DNA of 64,000 nt from NCBI GenBank assembly GCA_964535655.1, contig CAZHTP010000001.1, positions 186,862 to 250,861 of the forward strand, in the 5' to 3' direction. This DNA is from an uncultured Gammaproteobacteria bacterium. GTDB taxonomy: Bacteria > Patescibacteriota > Microgenomatia > JALYQM01. The translations under genes and the position numbers were made by a program. Position 1 is the stretch's first letter, and every line of letters starts with the position of its first letter. This document shows, piece after piece, positions 48,466 to 56,651 of this stretch. Under the pieces are notes generated by a model. That model was not told the origin of the DNA, did not search any database, and saw nothing but the letters and a program-made list of their open reading frames with translations.

Positions 48466-49166
48466 ACTGTTTGATTAGCATAGCGCAATAGTGCTGCGGC
48501 TATCAATATATCATCGGCATCATTAATGTTTATTGATCGTCTTTTAGGCATAACAAAACCTCGCGAATCTTTTCCAAATAGGCTTCCGTCTAAAATTACA
48601 TCCGCTCGTGTAACATAGACAGCGCCATTTCTTCTGTACACTGTGGGAATTGCCTGGCGTGGCAGAGGGGAATCTTCTTCACCAGGCATAAGAGGGATAA
48701 CGCGCCTATCTTCCGAAAGATATTTTAAGCGCATAGGGTGGCCGGTTTCGTCTGCTACCATACTTACTACAGAATCAGCCTCAGTTGCATCCATAAGCTC
48801 TAGAGCGCTATTAATATCAAAAGCAGTTCGAAGTGGGCTGGTAGCTCTCATTGTTACAACCAAGTCATAGTGTTCACCTTGATTTCTCAGCGAGGTGACA
48901 ACCTGCCTTATCACGGGAAATGTGGGTTGACCGTCGTAGGATAATTCCGGTGGGTGTCGGTTAGTACGGGCACCATATTGTTGTGCGACTTCTTCAATTT
49001 GATCATTGTCGGTAGTGACCATGACTGTACTCAGCCTTCGGCATTGTTGCGCGGCTTCGATGGTATATGCGAGCATAGGCCTACCTTCTAAGAGTATAAT
49101 GTTCTTACCCTCGACTCCTTTTGATCCGCCTCGGGTTGGAATGAGACCTAATATGCGTTGTTCCAT
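48462..49166 (-). CDS. Acylneuraminate cytidylyltransferase-family protein (NeuA/PseF-like)
   Basis: IPTRGGSKGVEGKNI, VTTD, TSPLR, ADSVVS, PRQ, NGAVY. Start at ATG 49166, 8 nt after TGgTATACT. Confidence 0.88.
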   Translation of the reverse strand: MEQRILGLIPTRGGSKGVEGKNIILLEGRPMLAYTIEAAQQCRRLSTVMVTTDNDQIEEVAQQYGARTNRHPPELSYDGQPTFPVIRQVVTSLRNQGEHYDLVVTMRATSPLRTAFDINSALELMDATEADSVVSMVADETGHPMRLKYLSEDRRVIPLMPGEEDSPLPRQAIPTVYRRNGAVYVTRADVILDGSLFGKDSRGFVMPKRRSININDADDILIAAALLRYANQTV

Positions 49167-49174
49167 TTGGGCAG

Positions 49175-49225
49175 AGTATACCACTGCTTTCTCCCATTGC
49201 AAAGGTTTTTTGTGCGTGATACAAT
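49175..49225. promoter_or_regulatory. Divergent sigma70 promoters sharing a palindromic TTGCAA -35
   Basis: Plus: TTGCAA (49197-49202)-17 nt-TACAAT (49220-49225) toward infC. Minus: the same TTGCAA-16 nt-TATACT (49180-49175) toward the cytidylyltransferase. Confidence 0.55.
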
Positions 49226-49299
49226 TTTTTGTATAGATTTAATCGGATTTTACGTGTTCGGTGCTCTGTTTTGAGTTTAAAATAGAGGGAAAGGCCACA

Positions 49300-49818
49300 A
49301 TAGCTAAGAAATTTTACCGCGTTAACCAGTTCATTCGAGCTGATCAAGTTCGTGTTCTGGACGCTACAGGGAAACAACTCGGTGTATTTACCCTTCCTGA
49401 GGCTCTAAAACTAGCCCAAGAGCAAAAGTTAGACTTAGTTGAAGTAGCAGGTCAAGCAGTCCCTCCCGTCTGTAAGATCATTGATTTTAAGAAATTTAAG
49501 TATCTTGAGAGTAAAAAAGAGGCTGATAATAAAAAAGCCGCTAAGCAGGTTGAAACAAAAGAGATACGGCTTCGGCCTTTTACCTCCGATAATGACTTGG
49601 ATGTGCGACTGAGGAAAATGAAGGAATTTTTGGAGGATGGTAATCGGGTAAAGGTTGTGATACAATTCCGAGGTCGTGAAATGGCGCGGCCGGAATTCGG
49701 TCATCAGTTGGTAAAGAAAATAACTACCTTTCTCGTTGCAGAGGAATTAGGAAAAGAAGATAGACCAGCTCGATTTGAAGGTACAAAATTAGTTGTTGCG
49801 TATAGTCCGGCTAAATAA
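49300..49818 (+). CDS. infC: Translation initiation factor IF-3, probable ATA start
   Basis: N..IRA..VRV.D..G.QLG, LDLVEV, PPVCKI.DF.KFKY, KEIRLRP, FRGRE. No in-frame ATG near the N-terminus; ATA at 49300 follows a purine-rich gagggaaagg. Confidence 0.92.
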   Translation: MAKKFYRVNQFIRADQVRVLDATGKQLGVFTLPEALKLAQEQKLDLVEVAGQAVPPVCKIIDFKKFKYLESKKEADNKKAAKQVETKEIRLRPFTSDNDLDVRLRKMKEFLEDGNRVKVVIQFRGREMARPEFGHQLVKKITTFLVAEELGKEDRPARFEGTKLVVAYSPAK

Positions 49819-49829
49819 AGGATAATTTT

Positions 49830-50027
49830 ATGCCAAAAATGAAAACAAAGAAATCTCTATCAAAGAGAATCAAAGTTACCGGTACTGGTAAATTAATGCA
49901 CTACTCCAAGGGCAATAATCATATTAGAACCCCAAAGTCTGCATCACGATTGCGACGTATGGCTCATGCTAAACCAATTACAGGTAAGATGGAGAAGAAC
50001 TTTAAAAAGTTACTTCCTGGTATCTAG
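49830..50027 (+). CDS. rpmI: 50S ribosomal protein L35
   Basis: MPKMKTKKS..KR.KVTGTGK; infC-rpmI-rplT order. Confidence 0.96.
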   Translation: MPKMKTKKSLSKRIKVTGTGKLMHYSKGNNHIRTPKSASRLRRMAHAKPITGKMEKNFKKLLPGI

Positions 50028-50037
50028 GAGTTTTTAT

Positions 50038-50382
50038 ATGTCCAGAGTAAAAAGAGGTGTTACATCAAGAGCCCGTCATAACCGCTTACTCAAAAGAGTA
50101 GAGGGCTATCGAATGACTAATAATCGCCTTGTGCAGCGTGCGCGAGAAGCAGATTTGCATGCAGGTCAGTATGCATACCATGGTCGTAAATTACGTAAGA
50201 GAGATATGCGTTCACTATGGATTACTCGTATTAGTGGAGCGTTACGGTTGGAAGGTCTAAAGTACAGCACCTTTATGGCAGCTTTAAAGAAAAAAGAAAT
50301 AAACCTTGATCGAAAAATGCTTGCTACTATGGTTCTTGAAGACCCAAAGAGCTTTACTCAATTAATGGGAATGGTTAAGTAG
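50038..50382 (+). CDS. rplT: 50S ribosomal protein L20
   Basis: MSRVKRG, YAY.GRK.RKRD.R.LWI.RI, YSTF, LDRKMLA; SD aggag before ATG 50038. Confidence 0.97.
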   Translation: MSRVKRGVTSRARHNRLLKRVEGYRMTNNRLVQRAREADLHAGQYAYHGRKLRKRDMRSLWITRISGALRLEGLKYSTFMAALKKKEINLDRKMLATMVLEDPKSFTQLMGMVK

Positions 50383-50400
50383 GATAAAAGCTGCTTATTC

Positions 50401-50439
50401 AAATCCCGCATTCATGCTTGTGAGTGCGGGATTTTTTTT
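50401..50439 (+). terminator. Intrinsic terminator after rplT
   Basis: aatcccgcattcat-gctt-gtgagtgcgggatt stem followed by a T-run. Confidence 0.85.
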
Positions 50440-50461
50440 GATATACTTGGAGCATTGCTTT

Positions 50462-51499
50462 ATGAAAGAAGATTTACAAAAACTCTTAGATACAACATTA
50501 AGTCAAATCAACGATATTCAGGATATTCCTCAGCTAGATAAACTTCGATTTGAAGTGCTTGATAAGAAAGATACTCTTTATTCTCAAATATCGATGCGCA
50601 TGCGTGAGCTTTCTAAGGACGAACGGCCGGTTATGGGACAGTTGTTGAATCAAATTAAGGGACAGCTAGATTCGGCCTTTTTAAGCAAAATGAAAGCCTT
50701 AAAAGAGGCCCGGTATAGTCAACTTGATACTATTGAACATGAGGATATGACTTTTCCTGTTCCACTGTCTGTTTTGGGGCATATTCATCCCGTTACTCAG
50801 GCTTATTTTGAAATTATTGAAATCTTCTCTCAAATTGGTTTCTCGTTTGCTGAAGGTCCTGAAGTTGAATGGTTTTGGCATGCCTTTGAAGCCTTAAATA
50901 TGCCTTCAGATCATCCTGCTTCTGATGATTTTGAAACATACTATGTATCTCATCCTTCGCATTCGCGTCATGGACGTATGTTACTACGACCCCATACTTC
51001 TCCTGTTCAAATACGCACCATGCTCTCGCAAAAGCCACCAATTAGAGTTGTGGTGCCTGGGAAGACGTATCGCCCTAATTACGACACTTCACATACGCCA
51101 ATGTTTCATCAGTTTGAAGGACTACTGGTTGATAAAAATGTCTCGATTGGGCATTTAGTAGGAACTCTGGATTATTTTGTCAAAAAATTCTTTGGAAATG
51201 ACATTCGTACTCGGATCCGTCCGTATCACTTTCAATTTACTGAGCCTTCATTTGAAGTAGATATCTCATGCACTATCTGTAAAGGTGAAGGCTGTCGTTT
51301 ATGTAAAGAAGGTTGGCTGGAACTAGGTGGAGCAGGTATGGTGCATCCAAACGTTTTGCAAAACGGTGGTATTGATCCTAAAGAATATAATGGCTTTGCG
51401 TTTGGATGGGGGATCGAGCGTTGTTTATCGATTCGTTCCGGAATTCCCGATATTCGTATGATTTATGAAGGTGAACTAAAATTGCTCAAGCAATTTTAA
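50462..51499 (+). CDS. pheS: Phenylalanine--tRNA ligase alpha subunit
   Basis: GHIHP, F.ALN.P.DHPA, LRPHTSPVQIR, HTPMFHQFEG, FQFTEPSFE, GAGMVHP, FAFGWGIER. Confidence 0.97.
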   Translation: MKEDLQKLLDTTLSQINDIQDIPQLDKLRFEVLDKKDTLYSQISMRMRELSKDERPVMGQLLNQIKGQLDSAFLSKMKALKEARYSQLDTIEHEDMTFPVPLSVLGHIHPVTQAYFEIIEIFSQIGFSFAEGPEVEWFWHAFEALNMPSDHPASDDFETYYVSHPSHSRHGRMLLRPHTSPVQIRTMLSQKPPIRVVVPGKTYRPNYDTSHTPMFHQFEGLLVDKNVSIGHLVGTLDYFVKKFFGNDIRTRIRPYHFQFTEPSFEVDISCTICKGEGCRLCKEGWLELGGAGMVHPNVLQNGGIDPKEYNGFAFGWGIERCLSIRSGIPDIRMIYEGELKLLKQF

Positions 51500-51521
51500 A
51501 TTATTGGAGCAAAATAAAATT

Positions 51522-53996
51522 ATGCTAGTACCCTTATCTTGGCTTAAAGAATATGTTGATATTTCGGATATCCCCGTAACCGAACTTCGTAAGAGAATGT
51601 CGGCGTCAGGTTTGGCTGTAGAGAGACAGCATGTTGTAGGAGAACGTATTGAATCGATTGTGGTTGGTGAAATAATAAATCAGCAAAAACATCCTGATTC
51701 AGATCACCTGTGGGTGTGCCAAATTAATATTGGGAAAAAAATAGCAGATCGGGATCTTAGCGACGATATTTTGCAGGCAGTTCAAATCATTACAGGTGCG
51801 CAGAATGTTTTTGAAGGCGCCAAAGTGCCCGTGATTTTACCGGGTAGTCAGCTTCCGGATGGAACGAAGATCGAATCAGCAAAGATGCGTGGCTGGGATT
51901 CTCAAGGCATGCTGTGTTCTGAGCGAGAACTTGGTCTTGGGGAAGGTCACGAAGGAATTATGATCCTTGGTAATGATGCTTGTGTTGGAGAGAGTCTGGT
52001 CACCTATTTAGGTCTGCCTGACGTTGTTTTTGACGTTGAAATTACTTCAAATCGAGGTGACTGTCTGTCTATGGTTGGGATTGCTCGAGAAGTGGCAACC
52101 TTATTTGGAAAAGAATTGCGGATGCCAACTGCTCTTTCGCTTGAAAATCCTGGGAAATCTGAACTTATTCCTGCAATTTCTGTTACCGTTGAAGACCCTA
52201 AGAAATGCGCTCGATTTTCAGTTGTTGGATTGGATGGTTTCCATTTAGGGACGTCTCCCATGTGGATGCAGCAACGGCTTTTGCGCGCTGGTATGCGTCC
52301 AATTAACAATCTAGTGGATATTACCAATTATGTAATGCTTGAATTAGGGCAGCCGTCGCATGCTTATGATGCGTTGCACGTTACTGATAAAACATTTGTC
52401 ATCCGCAGCGCGAAGCCAGGTGAAGTGCTTCAAACGCTTGATGAGAAGAAATTTACTTTAGAAGAAGGAATGCTTGTTATTGCCGATACTGAAAAATCCT
52501 TAGGGTTAGCTGGAATAATGGGAGGGAATTCAAGCAAAATTACGGAGGATACTCGTTCTCTCTTACTTGAAGTGGCTAACTTTAATCCCGTGAGCATTCG
52601 TCAAACTGGAATGAAGTTAGCTATTCGGAGTGAAGCTATTCTTCGATTTGAAAGAGGAATTGATGTTGGAGAGGTGCCTTGTGCTCTCTCGAGATTGCAC
52701 TATTTGTTTCATGAGTATGCCCAAGCGCATTTAGTTACACCCGTAGTCGAAGTGTATGCACAAGAAGAAGATTCTGCTCCAGTAACGCTTACATCACGTC
52801 TGTTAACTACTTATTTAGGAGAATCGATGAGTTGTTCGAGTGCAGAGAGGATCCTAAACAGTTTAGGGTTTGAGACTAAAGAAAAAACAGGAGATGATTT
52901 AGAATGGCGCTTAACCGTGGGTATTCCGAGCTGGCGTCGACGTGATGTATCAATAGAAGAAGATCTTATAGAAGAGGTTACTCGTATCTATGGATACGAT
53001 AATTTGAAAATTGCTACTCCGGTAGGTTCAGTTCCTTTTGTTCCTAAAAATAAAAAACTGGCCGTTAAATTGGAAACGCTTGATGTGATGCGAGGTCTTG
53101 GTTTTCAAGAAATACTAACATACTCATTTAATAGTAAAGATCAGATTGAATCGAGTGGATATGCTATCGAACAGGCTTTAGAAATGGCTAATCCATTATC
53201 GGAAGAACAGCGCTATTTGCGTATGTCATTATTGCCAAATTTACTTTGGACACTTGAAAAGAATAAACATTTAAAACAAAATTTACAGCTATTTGAATTG
53301 TCTTCAGTGTATCATCGAACATTGTTCGATGTTTTACCTGAAGAAGCAGTTGGTTTGCAGTACGAACCTCTTTATCTTAGTGGTTTTGTAATGGGAGAGC
53401 ACTATTCGTTTGATGACGCATATCGTGTTGTACACTCAGTTTTTGATTCTCTTTCAGCACGGTTACAAATTTTGACTGTAACGTTTACTCAGAATAGCGA
53501 GAAGCTGCAAAAAATGCCTTCTATAAAGATGTTCCATCCTGGAAGAGTGGGTGGCGTGATTTTAGATGGAAAAAATTGTGTTGGTCTATTTGGCGAAATC
53601 CATCCAAAAATACAGGAGGGATTTGGACTTAAGCAAGCTTCATTTGTTTTCGATGTTGCCTTTATGCCTTTTGTTGAACTGGCTACCCTTACAAAAGTGT
53701 ATCATCCATTTTCAGTATTCCCTGAAACAACTGAAGCCTTGTCCTTTATCTTGAATGAATCACAATTAGTAGGTGAGATTGTAGATACCCTGCGAAGCCT
53801 TGACTCTCGAATTGTTAAAATTGAAGTAGGACAGCCGTACCGGGGGAATCAAATTGATTTCGGCAAAAAAGCGATAACTTTTACTTTTGTATTCCAATCG
53901 ATCGAAGGACCAATCAAGGAGCAAGATGCTCAAACGCTGCGGGATAGAATTACCTCGCTTGTTACCTCCCTTTACAAAGGCGAGTTGCGTCGTTAG
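51522..53996 (+). CDS. pheT: Phenylalanine--tRNA ligase beta subunit
   Basis: M.VPLSWLKEY, HPDSD.L, S.GMLCS..ELG, NRGDCLS, INN.VDITNY, RFERG, DLIEEV.RIYGY, NPLS. Confidence 0.97.
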   Translation: MLVPLSWLKEYVDISDIPVTELRKRMSASGLAVERQHVVGERIESIVVGEIINQQKHPDSDHLWVCQINIGKKIADRDLSDDILQAVQIITGAQNVFEGAKVPVILPGSQLPDGTKIESAKMRGWDSQGMLCSERELGLGEGHEGIMILGNDACVGESLVTYLGLPDVVFDVEITSNRGDCLSMVGIAREVATLFGKELRMPTALSLENPGKSELIPAISVTVEDPKKCARFSVVGLDGFHLGTSPMWMQQRLLRAGMRPINNLVDITNYVMLELGQPSHAYDALHVTDKTFVIRSAKPGEVLQTLDEKKFTLEEGMLVIADTEKSLGLAGIMGGNSSKITEDTRSLLLEVANFNPVSIRQTGMKLAIRSEAILRFERGIDVGEVPCALSRLHYLFHEYAQAHLVTPVVEVYAQEEDSAPVTLTSRLLTTYLGESMSCSSAERILNSLGFETKEKTGDDLEWRLTVGIPSWRRRDVSIEEDLIEEVTRIYGYDNLKIATPVGSVPFVPKNKKLAVKLETLDVMRGLGFQEILTYSFNSKDQIESSGYAIEQALEMANPLSEEQRYLRMSLLPNLLWTLEKNKHLKQNLQLFELSSVYHRTLFDVLPEEAVGLQYEPLYLSGFVMGEHYSFDDAYRVVHSVFDSLSARLQILTVTFTQNSEKLQKMPSIKMFHPGRVGGVILDGKNCVGLFGEIHPKIQEGFGLKQASFVFDVAFMPFVELATLTKVYHPFSVFPETTEALSFILNESQLVGEIVDTLRSLDSRIVKIEVGQPYRGNQIDFGKKAITFTFVFQSIEGPIKEQDAQTLRDRITSLVTSLYKGELRR

Positions 53997-54013
53997 CTTT
54001 GTTATTTCCTTCA

Positions 54014-56566
54014 TTACCTTACATTAACGGTAATTTCTTTAGTTGATGTAACATTCTTGTTATCTGTTGCTTCGATTCTAATTTTGTGAGTTCCAGCCTG
54101 CTCAGACTTGAAGTTTACTTGTGTGCTGACGGGAGAGGAGTTGGAACTTCTCAACATGTTGTAATCATCAATATATATCTTCATATTAGCAATCTGTGCA
54201 TCGCCCTTAGGATTGGCATCTGCTGTTAAGTTGAATGTAAACGGTACATTTGCCTGATCTGGAATGTCGCGGATGATGATATCTGGAGCATCTTTTGGAT
54301 TGCCACCAATTGATGAATATCCTCCGAAGGCTCCTCCGTTAGGGCAGTCACCCTGGCAAACACCTGGCTTATTAAATAACTTAAGGTATGGGTCGGTTAG
54401 AATTGCGAACTGTTTATCTTCGGCATCGCAACTGTCGTGTTCAACATCATTGGTTCCTTTACATACGCGAACATTTTGGTATGTAATATCATTCGGTTGT
54501 GGTTCGGTACCCTTAATGAATATCTCAGGGCGAGTGGCGGTTGTGCCGTTACCGGGTCGCATACCGGTTTTTGCATCAATGGCGAGTGGTCCGTTAATTT
54601 CGTCGGGCTTTTTGTACCACTCATCAGGTTTATTATCCACTAACTGGTGCATTATTTTGTTCCAGATTGGTGTTGCACCGGTAACACCAGAAGCAATTGA
54701 CTGGTCCATAACTGCATTATTATTGTTACCGACCCAGGTTCCAACTACATAGGAAGGTGTGTATCCAAATGCCCAGTTGTCTCTCTTTTGGTCGGTTGTT
54801 CCTGTTTTGACTGCGATGTGTTTCCCTGCAATATAAAGCAAACTACGTGGGCCGAAGGCAGGAATGCGTGCATTATCGTCGGACAAGATATCGGATATAA
54901 GATAGGCTATCTCTGGCTTGAATATGCGTTTTCCTGATGAAGGTTGGAATTCTTCTAATACCTTACCTTTTGCGTCGGTGACCTTAATTACTGACACAAC
55001 GTCTTGTTTAACACCTTCATTCGCAAATACAGCATATGCAGAGGTGAGATCAAGAAGCGAGGTTTCTCGACCTCCAAGCGTAAGCGAAAGTCCAACATTT
55101 TGCATTGCTTGTGTTGTTGGTTCCCAGTTTGATATCCCCATTTCATAGGCAGTTTTCATGGTGTCTTTGATGCCATTAGTTGCCAGGGCTTTTACCGCGG
55201 GGACGTTTAAGGATGATCCTAAAGCTGTTCTTGTTTGAACCGGTCCGCGATATTTTCCATCGTAGTTAACTGGTTTATATGGATCTTGACCCGGTCCTGC
55301 GTCAAACTCGGTTTGTACATCTAACCACATGGTTGCGGGCGTATACCCTTTAGTGAATCCAACCGCGTAAGTTATAGGCTTAGTAGCAGATCCTGGTTGC
55401 CTATTACGGGTGGTTACGTTTACTTGGCCGTCGTAATCTTTAGCGAAATAGTCTTTTGATCCAACCATAGCCAAAATTTCGCCGGTTTTAGGATTTAGCA
55501 CAACTGCTGCTCCATTACCTACTTTAGCTTTTGCTAATTTATCTACTTCAGTTCTGACAATTTCCTGGACCTTATTTTGTAAATCTAGGTCAAGAGAGGT
55601 GTAAATGCGTAATCCGCCGGAGGCCACCACTTCTTTTCCGTATTTCTGCTCCATTAGATCTTTTACATAAAGCGTAAAATGAGGTGCTTGTATATCAATT
55701 TTTTGATCGGCGAATTTTATAGAATCCAGCTCTCCTAGCGAAGCTGTTTCTTGCTCTTTCGTGATGTGTTTTTCTTCTCGCATGCGGCGTAAAACATATT
55801 TTGCGCGATTTTTATAGGCATCAGGATATTCTCCAAAAGGCGAGTAATAGGTAGGAGATTGAGGTAACCCCGCTAAAATAGCACTTTCAGTTAGAGTTAA
55901 ATCTTTGGCTGGTTTTCCAAAATAGGTTTGTGCAGCAGTTTCAACGCCATAGGTTGTTCCTCCATACGGAATTTCATTTAAGTACATTTGAAGTACTTCG
56001 TCTTTACTGAATCGTTTATCTACTTGAATAGCTAAAATCAATTCACGCAATTTACGAGTTGGCGTTCGTTCTCCTCCAACTAGCGTGTTTTTGACAAGCT
56101 GCTGTGTAATAGAGGAGGCACCAATTAATCGATGATACCGAATTAAGTCGTATAGAATACGAAAATATCCTTCAACGGCAAACCCTTGATGTTTATAAAA
56201 ATCTTTATCTTCAGTGTCAATTGTAGCGTTAATGAGATCTTTGGGGATTTTGTCAAGGGTAACCAGTTCACGATTCTGTTTATCATAGACACTATAGAGC
56301 GTTTTTCCGTTGCGGTCCATGATTTTTGTGGCTTGGTCGACTGAACGATCTTTTAACGTGGTTGGACTGGGAAGATCCCTGGCAAACCAGGCAAAAACTA
56401 TTATAATTACTATAACACCTAGTAAGAAAAGTCCAAAAAATACACTGATTAGTACTGCGGTGATAGTTAGAATTTTTTGTTTTGTCGTGAGTTCTACTTT
56501 GTCTTTTGGGCCTTTTTTATCGAGTTTGGCGCGTCTTGAGGAAAATCCATTTTTTAAATCTTGCAT
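54014..56566 (-). CDS. Class A bifunctional PBP (PBP1A-like) with C-terminal Ig-like domain
   Basis: Transglycosylase EDKDFYKH, GASSITQQLVKN, RKLRE; transpeptidase SATK, SLN, KTGTT. Confidence 0.93.
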   Translation of the reverse strand: MQDLKNGFSSRRAKLDKKGPKDKVELTTKQKILTITAVLISVFFGLFLLGVIVIIIVFAWFARDLPSPTTLKDRSVDQATKIMDRNGKTLYSVYDKQNRELVTLDKIPKDLINATIDTEDKDFYKHQGFAVEGYFRILYDLIRYHRLIGASSITQQLVKNTLVGGERTPTRKLRELILAIQVDKRFSKDEVLQMYLNEIPYGGTTYGVETAAQTYFGKPAKDLTLTESAILAGLPQSPTYYSPFGEYPDAYKNRAKYVLRRMREEKHITKEQETASLGELDSIKFADQKIDIQAPHFTLYVKDLMEQKYGKEVVASGGLRIYTSLDLDLQNKVQEIVRTEVDKLAKAKVGNGAAVVLNPKTGEILAMVGSKDYFAKDYDGQVNVTTRNRQPGSATKPITYAVGFTKGYTPATMWLDVQTEFDAGPGQDPYKPVNYDGKYRGPVQTRTALGSSLNVPAVKALATNGIKDTMKTAYEMGISNWEPTTQAMQNVGLSLTLGGRETSLLDLTSAYAVFANEGVKQDVVSVIKVTDAKGKVLEEFQPSSGKRIFKPEIAYLISDILSDDNARIPAFGPRSLLYIAGKHIAVKTGTTDQKRDNWAFGYTPSYVVGTWVGNNNNAVMDQSIASGVTGATPIWNKIMHQLVDNKPDEWYKKPDEINGPLAIDAKTGMRPGNGTTATRPEIFIKGTEPQPNDITYQNVRVCKGTNDVEHDSCDAEDKQFAILTDPYLKLFNKPGVCQGDCPNGGAFGGYSSIGGNPKDAPDIIIRDIPDQANVPFTFNLTADANPKGDAQIANMKIYIDDYNMLRSSNSSPVSTQVNFKSEQAGTHKIRIEATDNKNVTSTKEITVNVR

Positions 56567-56651
56567 TGATTCATTATATCAAACAGCAAGGATACAATTG
56601 CAAGTGAATAACTGCTTTACCGCTTGGTAGGGTCTTGTTATAATTTCCTTT

